Shown here: positions 36,959 to 45,468 of the stretch, in pieces
How positions within the stretch are numbered: position 1 is the first letter of the stretch
Layout: each line of letters begins with the position of its first letter
Assembly: GCA_022842585.1 (NCBI GenBank)
Contig: JALHPI010000001.1
Coordinates: forward strand, 2,298 to 66,297
Length of the DNA stretch: 64,000 nt
Origin: Minisyncoccota bacterium
Lineage (GTDB): Bacteria > Patescibacteriota > Minisyncoccia > Phycocordibacterales > Phycocordibacteraceae
Reading direction: 5' to 3'
Notes under the pieces: model-generated
Databases searched by the model: none
Told to the model about the DNA's origin: nothing
Seen by the model: the letters and a program-made list of their open reading frames with translations, nothing else
Program-made: the position numbers and the translations under genes

Positions 36959-38052
36959 AGGGATGACTTTAAAATCTGAGCCGTAGTATCTGAAAGGGTG
37001 TCTATGGAGAAACGCTTCGATGAGCTGCGTGCAGCCTCTGACAGGCGTTCTTGCAAGGGTGTATCGATGAGAATCGCTCGTAGCGCTTCAGTAAGTTCCT
37101 TGCATTCATTCGGACGCACCAGCATGCCATTACTGCCGTGCGTGATAAGTTCGGTGTTCCCACCTACGCTTGTGGTCACGATTGGTTTCCCAAGCGTAAG
37201 CGCTTCAATAAGCAAATGGGAGAGTCCTTCATACGACGTATTGAGCGCAAACACATCTCCCGCCTCCATGACTGCAAGCGTATCCTCATGAGATAGCTGT
37301 CCCGTGAGCACGCAGGCGGTACCGAGCTTTTGTTTCGCATATGCATGGAGTGCCTCTGACTGCGGCCCGCTCCCGACAATCGCAAGCGATGCGGGAATCG
37401 TCTCGCGTATTTTCACGAGCGCGTCGATGAGGCCGTGCATGCCTTTCCAGGGGACGAGTCGTCCGACTGAGACCACAAGCGGATGCGGGAGCGCTTGTAC
37501 CGCTTCTGGGACCGTACCTAGGTGTTCAATAGAGACTGCGTTATGAACAACCGTAATCCGGTCTTCCGGAACAGGCCAGGACGATACTATTTTTTTTAAA
37601 TACAAACTCGGTACCAGTATCTTTTTTGCATGGAGCGCTACGTATCGCTCCACTTGCTTTAATCGCTGTACGAAAAACGGGTGCGTGCGACGCTTCACGA
37701 ACTCATCAAGCGTATCGCGCACCCCAAAGCGTTGCGTCCCCTGCTCCCATGCGTAGTCCCCCACTATTTTTACGAAAAACGGCTTGCCGAGAATGCGCGC
37801 GGCAAGAAGTGCGGGAAGTCCGGTCGAAACGGGATCAAGCGCAAGTATAGCGTCCGCACGTCTCCCACGCGCATAAACCGCGAAAAAATATGCAAGATGA
37901 CGCACAAGCTTCGGGTATGCGCGGACATCCGAAAATTTCACGAGCAGTACCTCAATGCCACGTGCAGGCAGTTCGCGCTCGAGAATCGCGGCATAGGTGG
38001 CCGGCCCGCCTGACTCGGGCGGATACAGCGGCGTTGCGATGAGTAATTTCAT
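36955..38052 (-). CDS. Glycosyltransferase family 4
   Basis: Start set at the MKLLIATPLYPPESGG ATG (38052). The listed ORF extends 24 codons further. GT4 motifs YEGLSHLLIEALTLGKPIVTTSVGG. Contains an A8 tract in the mRNA sense at about 37590. Confidence 0.7.
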   Translation of the reverse strand: MKLLIATPLYPPESGGPATYAAILERELPARGIEVLLVKFSDVRAYPKLVRHLAYFFAVYARGRRADAILALDPVSTGLPALLAARILGKPFFVKIVGDYAWEQGTQRFGVRDTLDEFVKRRTHPFFVQRLKQVERYVALHAKKILVPSLYLKKIVSSWPVPEDRITVVHNAVSIEHLGTVPEAVQALPHPLVVSVGRLVPWKGMHGLIDALVKIRETIPASLAIVGSGPQSEALHAYAKQKLGTACVLTGQLSHEDTLAVMEAGDVFALNTSYEGLSHLLIEALTLGKPIVTTSVGGNTELITHGSNGMLVRPNECKELTEALRAILIDTPLQERLSEAARSSSKRFSIDTLSDTTAQILKSSL

Positions 38053-38057
38053 CGAAT

Positions 38058-39275
38058 CTATTCTACCGCGCCCGAAAAGAGCCTCGTGAAGACGCAGTCC
38101 ATGTCGCGAGCAATAAGATTCCAATCGTATTTTTCAAACGCGAGTTTTTTCGCGGTTTGAACGACACGAGCCGTCTCTTCCGGATGCGCGAGTATGCGTT
38201 CTACCGCTTCCGCAATCTGTACTGGCGAATCCGCATCAACCGCAAAGCCGGTCGTCGGCATGTCGGGATTGCGGTGGGAGTCGAATAGGAAATCCGCAAT
38301 GCCTCCTTCTTGGGTTGCGATTACCGGTAGGCCCGCAGCCATAGCCTCGACAAACGAATTACCCATTCCTTCCGAGCGCGACGGACGGATGAAGATATCG
38401 CAAGCAGCAAGCATGAGCGGCATCGCGTCATGTCCTATCTCTCCCATGAAGCGTGCCCGACTTTCAAGGCCGAGTGCGGTTACTTGCGCTTTGAGCTTTT
38501 CTTCGTCTGGTCCGATGCCATATATAAGGAACGATACGCGCTCCGGAAGATGGGTAAGCGCCATGATGACGTCATCGACGGCGTTCTTATGCACCAGCCT
38601 AGAAGTCGTCACCATATACACGTCCTCTTCTTTCTTTCCAAGCGATTGTTTCATCGCTTCTATTTCCTCTGCGGTATAGGCATGTGAAAATTTCTTCGTA
38701 TTCACGGCGTTTGGTATCACTACCTCTTTCCCCTGAAAGCCCATGCGCTTACCCCAAGCAAGCAAGAACGTAGATATCGCTTGAAGCTCGTCTGCGGTAG
38801 TGAATGCCTGTTTGAACAACGGGGCGACCGGCTTCATAAGGCGTTCAATGGCTTCGGGTGGGTCTCCTTCCTGGAGGGTGAGCAGGTACTTCACGTCAGG
38901 GTGACGGGACTTGAATATGCCGGCGGGTATGCCGCACGAGTGCGCCATCATCGCCCAGACGCCGTCATACCGATACTTCTTGTGCAATGCTTCCGCCTTC
39001 CCTGCCGCAGCAAGCTGGTACCAGTGCTTGTTGAGATGGAGCGGAAACTTCCGTAAATCGGCGATAGTCGCTCCCTGCTTTGCAAAGCCAATACGATGCA
39101 CCAAGACATTCCCTATGCGCTCCACTTCGGGCAAGGTTGAATCAAACCGAAGGGTCACCATATGGAACTCAATATCCTTCGGGTCTATGCGATCCGTTAT
39201 TTCTTTTATTGCCACCTCAGCACCCCCGATGAAGCGTGGGTAGTAGTTCAGGGAAAAAATGAGAATCTTCTTCAT
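38058..39275 (-). CDS. Glycosyltransferase family 4
   Basis: Start set at MKKILIFSLNYYPRFIGGAEV (39275), giving an ATGA overlap with the upstream gene. The listed 508-aa ORF has a Cys/Arg-rich 103-aa extension that overlaps the upstream gene. C-domain SEGMGNSFVEAMAAGLPVIAT. Confidence 0.7.
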   Translation of the reverse strand: MKKILIFSLNYYPRFIGGAEVAIKEITDRIDPKDIEFHMVTLRFDSTLPEVERIGNVLVHRIGFAKQGATIADLRKFPLHLNKHWYQLAAAGKAEALHKKYRYDGVWAMMAHSCGIPAGIFKSRHPDVKYLLTLQEGDPPEAIERLMKPVAPLFKQAFTTADELQAISTFLLAWGKRMGFQGKEVVIPNAVNTKKFSHAYTAEEIEAMKQSLGKKEEDVYMVTTSRLVHKNAVDDVIMALTHLPERVSFLIYGIGPDEEKLKAQVTALGLESRARFMGEIGHDAMPLMLAACDIFIRPSRSEGMGNSFVEAMAAGLPVIATQEGGIADFLFDSHRNPDMPTTGFAVDADSPVQIAEAVERILAHPEETARVVQTAKKLAFEKYDWNLIARDMDCVFTRLFSGAVE

Positions 39276-40726
39276 ATTTTTTGTTTCAGTAAATCTTTCA
39301 GAATTGATGCATACGCAAACCGTATCTGGTTGGCAAATGCGTCTCCGTCCCCTATAGACTGACGGAGAGTCGCTTTGCGCGCAAGGCGCGCCGCAGCACG
39401 GTCGTCTGAAGATGCCATGCCGTACACTTGGTCTGCTTCGGAGAGCGCGGTTTTGAGGAACGTCTGTTTTATCCCGCCAGCGCGCGCAAGGTCCTGATCC
39501 GCAAGCGTAATCAGGAGGGGGATATGAGCGATGCGTTTTAAGAGTGCCGCCGCAAGTGCCGCATAGCTGGCAAAAATAGCCCACGCGAACAGGTACGTAT
39601 GGCTCTTGATGAGCGTTCTTGCTTTCATAAAGCCGAGGAGCGGAAAGAAGTATTTATCAAACGGCCTTCCCCAGCCTACTCGGTGTATGGTCGCATTTTG
39701 CACCGGAGACGGGGTGCGCTCTGCTCCTTCGGTAAAACGGGTAGTAATGACATCAAAGGAAATATCCGGCAACGCACGCATAAGCCCCACGAGCGCATCT
39801 TCCGCCGGACCCGATACCGGATGAAATGTGGTGGAAAATACGAGCACGCGGTCATCAAGCGGTGCGGTGCGCGTATGCGTGCTAAGAAACTCTTCCAAAT
39901 AGTCCTCAAGCCGGCGCTCAGTATCCCACCCGAGTGCGCGTGACTTTGAGGTATCAAGCGCGGAGGTCATGCGGTTGCCCGCGCGCTCGGGAAGCATCAG
40001 TATCTCGGTGCCGAAGAGTCGTGCGATATCAAGTATGGAAAACACTTTTTCATTCCCGAGTCCGTACTCGTCTCCCATACCCTTCTCACCCACCAGCATG
40101 AGTCCGTCGACGATATCCTGTACATGCGTAAAATTGCGCACCTGGGTACCCGGAGAAGTCACGGTAAGCGGGGCTCCGCGCAGGTACATCTGCTTGAATA
40201 TCTCAATGACGGTGCCGTAGGTGCCCGCGCGTTCGCGCGGGCCGTATACATTGTAGAAGTACGTAATCGCGTACGGAAGCTTGAGCGCGTCACCCGTCTT
40301 CTTCACCAGTTCCGTATTATCCGCCTTCGTAGAGGCGTACGGCGTTGCCGTGCGCGCCATACCGCCGTCGCCAAACTTAGTGGAAGAGCCGGCATAGACG
40401 AGTTTGCACTTCCTTTTTTTCCAATACTCCACCACTCCTTGCGTGCCTACCACGTTTAGGTCGTGGACGATTTCCGGCTCAAATACACTCTGCTCCACGC
40501 GCGAATACTCGCCCAGATGAAATATGAGGTCAGGAGTCTCAGGCACTAATGTTTCGATGTCCTTCGTATGACCTTCCCGATACTCGACACCTGTCACGTG
40601 ATTTTGTTTCGTGCCGGCGAAATAGTTATCGAGCGAAATGACGGTATGTCCTTCACGCGCGAGACGCTCGCATACGTGAGAGCCTATGAGGCCGGCTCCG
40701 CCGGTAACAAGTACGAGTTTGCCCAT
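39272..40726 (-). CDS. Fusion protein: N-terminal NAD-dependent epimerase/dehydratase (SDR, about 290 aa) plus a C-terminal domain of about 190 aa of unknown function
   Basis: LVLVTGGAGLIGSHV Rossmann and YASTKADNE (YxxxK). A distinct C-terminal region follows (DDRVLVFSTTFHPVSGPAEDALVGLMRALPDISFDVITTRF...). The start is chosen at the MGKLV ATG (40726). Confidence 0.6.
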   Translation of the reverse strand: MGKLVLVTGGAGLIGSHVCERLAREGHTVISLDNYFAGTKQNHVTGVEYREGHTKDIETLVPETPDLIFHLGEYSRVEQSVFEPEIVHDLNVVGTQGVVEYWKKRKCKLVYAGSSTKFGDGGMARTATPYASTKADNTELVKKTGDALKLPYAITYFYNVYGPRERAGTYGTVIEIFKQMYLRGAPLTVTSPGTQVRNFTHVQDIVDGLMLVGEKGMGDEYGLGNEKVFSILDIARLFGTEILMLPERAGNRMTSALDTSKSRALGWDTERRLEDYLEEFLSTHTRTAPLDDRVLVFSTTFHPVSGPAEDALVGLMRALPDISFDVITTRFTEGAERTPSPVQNATIHRVGWGRPFDKYFFPLLGFMKARTLIKSHTYLFAWAIFASYAALAAALLKRIAHIPLLITLADQDLARAGGIKQTFLKTALSEADQVYGMASSDDRAAARLARKATLRQSIGDGDAFANQIRFAYASILKDLLKQKI

Positions 40727-40768
40727 AGTCTCACTAGAATAGGCTAGAACGCCCACTTCCCGCAACTC

Positions 40769-42406
40769 TTAGGCGTCTCCCTTGAAAATCGCTTCGAGAT
40801 TCTCCTGCGGCACCTCGAATCCCGGTTTCTTTCCTTGGGGTGCGGGTGGCGCGTCGCTTTGCGGCAGTTTCGGGGCAACTTGTGCGATAGTCTCCTTCAG
40901 TGCTTCTTGCTTTCCTTCGACGGCTTTTATCTGCGTTTCTTCGACTTTTTTAGATATCGCTTGTATGGCCGCTTTCAAGTCAGCGGAAGTTGTAGACGCG
41001 CTTGGCGGATTCTGCGGGGGCGCTTTCTTTTCAAGAGGGCGGTTCTTATTCTTTTTCTTTTGTCCCTGCCCATTTCCGTTTCCCTGCGGAGGTGCTTTCT
41101 GGGGTACTTCTTCGGTGACAAGACTCAATTCCTGCAGAATCGCCTCTTCTATATCCGTACGCTTCGCTGCAAATGAGTCCCTAGAAGCATGAAGTACCTC
41201 CTTGCGGAATGAACGGGCGGGCGGCTCGATAGGCGGAATGGTAACGGCAGAAAACGGCCTCGAGCCGATGCCATCAATCATCAACGTTAGGTAAATCTGC
41301 GCGAACCCGAGATTTACAAGGTCTTCTTGCACGAACTCCGGCGTAAAGATGGTTTCGAGCGTCTCTGCATCAAACGGCCCCACCCGGAACGTAACCGTGG
41401 TTCCCACGTTTCCGAACACGGCGTCACGCACTTCTTCCTCCATCTGTTCTATGTACTGGTGCGCAATGATGAGGTTTAGTTTGTACTTGCGAGCCTCGGA
41501 AAGAATTTCGGCAAACGTTTCATTCGCAAAGTTCTGGAACTCGTCTACGTAGAAGTAGAAGTTCGGCAAGAGGGCGAGCTCGCGGGCGGACGCGTTCGCG
41601 CGGCTCATTGCCGCAAGGAATATGCGCGTCGTGAGCATAGAGCCGAGAAGTTGGGTGTTGGTATCACCCACAAGTCCCTTTGAGAGGTTGATGATGAGTA
41701 TCTTCCGCTCGTCCATCAGGGTGCGGATATCAAAGGAAGACTTCGGCTGACCGATGATGTTGCGGATAAGCGGATTGCTGGTGAACTGCCCAATCTTGTT
41801 TTGGATGGCCGGTGTCGCTTCTTGGGTGTAACGGTCTGTGTAGGTCGCGAACTCCTTTACCCAGAAATCCTTCACGACGGGGTCCTTGATATTCTCCACC
41901 ACCTTTTTACGGTAGTTCTTGTCCGTATACATGCGGTTCACTCCGAGCAGGGTCGCGTCCGGATACTCAAGAAGCGCCAAGAGCGTATTCGTGAGGATGT
42001 ACTCCATGCGGGCCGACCACGCGTCCACCCATATTTTCTTGAATGCGGCCATGAGGCCGGAAACGACGAGATGACGTTTGTCGTACCCCACGTCTTCCAT
42101 GATGTTGAACGCTATCGGATGCTCTAAATCAAACGGCGCGAAATATACCACGTCTTTGAGGCGGTTTTCGGGAATGTAGTCGAGGAGCTTATCGACCGTG
42201 CCGCCGTGCGGGTCGATGAACGCAAGCCCTTCCCCGTTGCGGATATCCTGAATCGCCATATTCTCAAGCAAGGTCGATTTACCCATGCCTGTCTTGCCGA
42301 TGACGTACATATGACGTGCGCGGTCCTTCTGCTTGATGCCAAAGGGTATGCGCTTCCCGCGCGTATCGGTAGCTGCAAAGTACGTTACCCGTTCTGGGTT
42401 ATCCAT
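40769..42406 (-). CDS. Soluble VirD4/TraD/TraG-like type-IV-secretion coupling-protein-family P-loop ATPase (TrwB_AAD_bind plus TraM-recognition-like C-domain). No TM helices. Low-complexity Pro/Lys/Gln-rich C-terminal tail.
   Basis: RHMYVIGKTGMGKSTLL (Walker A), FYVDEFQNF (Walker B) and KYKLNLIIAHQ. The start is chosen at MDNPERV (42406). The listed ORF begins 40 codons earlier and would run through the upstream terminator. Confidence 0.6.
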   Translation of the reverse strand: MDNPERVTYFAATDTRGKRIPFGIKQKDRARHMYVIGKTGMGKSTLLENMAIQDIRNGEGLAFIDPHGGTVDKLLDYIPENRLKDVVYFAPFDLEHPIAFNIMEDVGYDKRHLVVSGLMAAFKKIWVDAWSARMEYILTNTLLALLEYPDATLLGVNRMYTDKNYRKKVVENIKDPVVKDFWVKEFATYTDRYTQEATPAIQNKIGQFTSNPLIRNIIGQPKSSFDIRTLMDERKILIINLSKGLVGDTNTQLLGSMLTTRIFLAAMSRANASARELALLPNFYFYVDEFQNFANETFAEILSEARKYKLNLIIAHQYIEQMEEEVRDAVFGNVGTTVTFRVGPFDAETLETIFTPEFVQEDLVNLGFAQIYLTLMIDGIGSRPFSAVTIPPIEPPARSFRKEVLHASRDSFAAKRTDIEEAILQELSLVTEEVPQKAPPQGNGNGQGQKKKNKNRPLEKKAPPQNPPSASTTSADLKAAIQAISKKVEETQIKAVEGKQEALKETIAQVAPKLPQSDAPPAPQGKKPGFEVPQENLEAIFKGDA

Positions 42407-42423
42407 GTCTCTAGTATACGACA

Positions 42424-42461
42424 GAGCAAAAGAAAACACGGCGAGCTTTTGGCTCGCCGTG
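42424..42461 (-). terminator. Intrinsic terminator for the 42490..42747 gene (CACGGCGAGC-TTTT-GGCTCGCCGTG, then a T-run on the minus strand)
   Basis: 10-bp stem. The minus strand follows with TTTTCTTTTGCTC. Confidence 0.6.
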
Positions 42462-42489
42462 TCCTCAGGCAAGTAGAGATTTCTTAGGT

Positions 42490-42747
42490 CTATGCGTGAG
42501 GTGCCCTGTCGGCGGCAATCACGCATGCAGCATGCCGCGTAAGGTAGAAGGCATCCGAGTCGTTCTGTTCGATTTGCGTAAGCTGACCGCGCGCGACGCG
42601 GTCGAACTCGCCTGCGGCGCAGTTCCGAAACAGCTCTTCGACATACGGATAGCCTTGTTCATCGATTCTTTTCAGCATCTCTGGATTTTGTATCTCCAGA
42701 TATGCTGCCGCAGTCGTAGGGTTAAATGGAAGGACGGTGGTAGCCAT
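42490..42747 (-). CDS. Hypothetical small protein (85 aa)
   Basis: ORF with its own downstream terminator; no recognisable motif. Confidence 0.4.
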   Translation of the reverse strand: MATTVLPFNPTTAAAYLEIQNPEMLKRIDEQGYPYVEELFRNCAAGEFDRVARGQLTQIEQNDSDAFYLTRHAACVIAADRAPHA

Positions 42748-42824
42748 GATAGCCTATCCCCTTTCTGCGAACGCGAGAGTACGTCCGTCTCTATCCAACA
42801 CCACCCTGGCGCACACGTCAAACG

Positions 42825-43949
42825 TTACTGATACTGAATAAACGAAGGTGAGGGAGTCAGTTCCAGTACCTCTGCTGGAGTGAGGAGGCGCGTTGAGGGC
42901 GGTTTCAAATCATTCTTATAGAAAATCTTGAATCCGGTGAATTGGACAGGTTCTGGGTAGATGACATGCCTGTAGGTGTTTATCTTCTTTGCGCCAAAGC
43001 CCCAGCCGTCCATCACCATCACCATCTGTACTTCAGGAAGCGGCTTCATGTCTTCGTATCCGGTGACCATATTTTCCGTAAAGCGGTGAATGACGAGGAT
43101 TTTTGGCGGCAAGTTGTGCGTGCGCACGAGGTTTGCAAGGTACTCTGCGGCATAGTTCACATCAGCCGCGTTCACCGTACCAATCACATCCCCCGGAACA
43201 TCTCCTGTCTTCATTGAAAACTCTGGGTCAATAGCCAGATGTACGTTCGGGAGCGAAAGATATTTCTCAAGAAGCGGGATTTCTTTCTGGAACGTAGACA
43301 GTCCTATCTGCATCTCAAGGATAACGATGCCATCAATTTCGTTTGCCATATCTATGGCTCGCTGAATATGTTCGTCCGGCATACGAAGCCGGTACATCCC
43401 GTCTTTTTGCGGAGTTCCCTGTGCAGTGATGGCAATGTAATCAATGCCCATCACGACCGGTGTGGTTGGGTCGGCCGCTTCCCACGCCGCTTTCTCTTCC
43501 TTTAGCTTTGCGATAACCGTATCTTTATCAAACTCTCCGAGTATACCCATCCTTGTGGAGTAAAAGTTTCCGTAGTACGCGACAATACGGTTAAACGGAA
43601 GTAGGGCTCCGGGGAGTGGGTATGGCGCATCGGTGACCGGCCAGAGGCTTTTTGAGCTTGAAGTGGCGGTAGTGGTCGCTTCTTCTACATGGGCAAGGAA
43701 GCGCATCTTCTTGTCGTATGCTTCCGTATCGAGCTTTGGCGGCTCTTCAATATGCTTCTGTATATCTTTAACGATATTAGAAAGCGGTTTGTCGCGATCA
43801 AACCTCGTAGCGGCCGCATGCGGAACGACCACAGCACCTATAAAAATTGCGAGCGCGGCGCTCCCTATAATCCACGCATGCGTATTATTAGATGCTTTGG
43901 ATTTCTTCATGCGGTTCCTTCGGGGCTTCTGTGTTTTCGAGACGTTCAC
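42825..43949 (-). CDS. Hypothetical exported/membrane-anchored protein with an N-terminal signal-anchor (AWIIGSAALAIFIGAVVV)
   Basis: 374 aa. Basic N-terminus plus one hydrophobic helix, then a large, presumably extracytoplasmic domain. The real start may be the internal MKKSKAS. Confidence 0.5.
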   Translation of the reverse strand: MNVSKTQKPRRNRMKKSKASNNTHAWIIGSAALAIFIGAVVVPHAAATRFDRDKPLSNIVKDIQKHIEEPPKLDTEAYDKKMRFLAHVEEATTTATSSSKSLWPVTDAPYPLPGALLPFNRIVAYYGNFYSTRMGILGEFDKDTVIAKLKEEKAAWEAADPTTPVVMGIDYIAITAQGTPQKDGMYRLRMPDEHIQRAIDMANEIDGIVILEMQIGLSTFQKEIPLLEKYLSLPNVHLAIDPEFSMKTGDVPGDVIGTVNAADVNYAAEYLANLVRTHNLPPKILVIHRFTENMVTGYEDMKPLPEVQMVMVMDGWGFGAKKINTYRHVIYPEPVQFTGFKIFYKNDLKPPSTRLLTPAEVLELTPSPSFIQYQ

Positions 43950-44106
43950 GAGCGGTGCGGTGCTTACGCAAAAGAGTGAACGCGGTCACAAACGAAACGA
44001 TACCGAGTATCGGCAGTATCCACATAAGCCATGCGTACGGAAGACCAAGATAGGGTGAGAGTGCCGTGAGGAGGCCGAGAGCCATGAGTGCTTGAAGTCG
44101 GTGCAT
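43888..44106 (-). CDS. Possible small two-TM membrane protein (72 aa)
   Basis: Hydrophobic ORF overlapping the 5' end of the downstream gene. Coding status uncertain. Confidence 0.3.
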   Translation of the reverse strand: MHRLQALMALGLLTALSPYLGLPYAWLMWILPILGIVSFVTAFTLLRKHRTARERLENTEAPKEPHEEIQSI

Positions 44107-44115
44107 AGGGGAAGT

Positions 44116-44799
44116 TTAGCAGGGCGAAACAATGACCACAAACTCGCCCCGTACCTCTTCGGTATGTTTGGAAAAGTATTCTGCTACTTCTTTGGCTTGG
44201 CCTTGTACAAGCGATTCATGAATCTTCGTAAGCTCTCGGGCGACAGTCACTATGCGGTCTTCCGGCAAGACTTCTGCAAGGGACGCGAGCGCTTTCTCTA
44301 TGCGGTGCGGCGATTCGTAAAACACCACCGTTCGTTCGCTCTCTGCGATTTCTTTGAACAACGTCTGACGTCCTTTCTTGTGCGGAAGAAATCCGAGGAA
44401 CGTGAAAGCATCAGAATGGACACCGGCAATGGAGAGCGCTGCCGCAACTGCCGAAGGACCCGGTATCGCTTCGATGCGCACATCCTCCCCGAGGCGTTCG
44501 CGCACGATTTTTACGAGTTCGTTCCCAGGGTCGGAAATCCCAGGCGTACCAGCATCAGTCACGAGCGCGACCCGCTTCCCTTCCGCAAGGGCCGTAAGTA
44601 TTCGATCGGAAGCAAGCTTCCCTGAACGAGCATGAAAAATGAGAAGTGGTTTCTGGATGTCATAGCGAGCCAAGAGCCTTGAGGTGACACGCGTATCTTC
44701 GCAAGCAATCACATCCGCCTCACGCAATGTCTCAAGCGCTCGGAGCGTTATATCTCCAAGGTTTCCGATAGGCGTACCGACGATTGAGAGTGTTCCCAT
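44116..44799 (-). CDS. rsmI: 16S rRNA (cytidine1402-2'-O)-methyltransferase
   Basis: 227 aa. LSIVGTPIGNLGDITLRALETL...CEDTR tetrapyrrole-methylase-fold signature. Confidence 0.85.
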   Translation of the reverse strand: MGTLSIVGTPIGNLGDITLRALETLREADVIACEDTRVTSRLLARYDIQKPLLIFHARSGKLASDRILTALAEGKRVALVTDAGTPGISDPGNELVKIVRERLGEDVRIEAIPGPSAVAAALSIAGVHSDAFTFLGFLPHKKGRQTLFKEIAESERTVVFYESPHRIEKALASLAEVLPEDRIVTVARELTKIHESLVQGQAKEVAEYFSKHTEEVRGEFVVIVSPC

Positions 44800-44914
44800 A
44801 CCTGCACACTACTGGGAATACACGAAAAAATCCATCGATTGAGCCTTCTGGCTACTTGTGGTATCACGAACTACAGACCCTGAACATTAACCCCTTACTG
44901 AAAGGAGGTGTCCT

Positions 44915-45424
44915 TTGGATACCTGGGTGCTGGTCGTTGCCGCGGACCTAAAACGCGACAAAGGTACGGTGGTAGTGGGCCCTGAAACGGCTCGGGTAGT
45001 ACGAAGGGCAGTAAAGGAACTGGAAACGTTTCCTGATGCTCGTCTATGCGTACCTGCGCCATTTAATCCACGGTATGGAGTACATGTGGGGAGTGGCCCG
45101 ATACGGAAGTATCTGGAAGAAATGTATGATTTTTCGTGGAAGCGGATAACTACGCCCACTAGACCTCATGCTTCCTGCTCCACCAATGGCGAAATGCTCG
45201 TGTTCGCGACTCTGCTTCACAAAGGGACTAATCGACATCCGCGAATTCGAATCGTGGTGCGATGGTGGCATGCACCAAGAGCAAAAGCACTGCTTGCTGC
45301 ACGATTGCGTGAAAACGCGATACGTCCAGAAAGCGTGACGGTTGTTCCTGTGTGGTCGCTCGACTTATGGGGCATGGCACTTGAACCCTTGAAGTGGCTC
45401 TATAATCTACCGAATCTAAGATAA
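44915..45424 (+). CDS. Hypothetical Arg/Trp-rich protein (169 aa), TTG start
   Basis: GGAGG RBS at 44903-44907, 7 nt before the TTG at 44915. Followed by a strong hairpin terminator. Confidence 0.5.
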   Translation: MDTWVLVVAADLKRDKGTVVVGPETARVVRRAVKELETFPDARLCVPAPFNPRYGVHVGSGPIRKYLEEMYDFSWKRITTPTRPHASCSTNGEMLVFATLLHKGTNRHPRIRIVVRWWHAPRAKALLAARLRENAIRPESVTVVPVWSLDLWGMALEPLKWLYNLPNLR

Positions 45425-45429
45425 CTGTG

Positions 45430-45468
45430 CGGCTGGACCCTTTTAGGGGTCCAGCCGCATCTTTTTAT
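45430..45468 (+). terminator. Intrinsic terminator (GCGGCTGGACCC-TTTTA-GGGGTCCAGCCGC, then ATCTTTTTAT)
   Basis: 12-bp stem with a plus-strand T-run. Sits in the convergent gap with murC. Confidence 0.65.

Noticed and set aside
39276-39584. 103-codon Cys/Arg-rich N-terminal extension of the GT4 ORF 38058..39584
   Set aside because: It overlaps the upstream gene's 3' end in another frame. The GT4 homology starts at the MKKILIF Met, which also forms the canonical ATGA junction.
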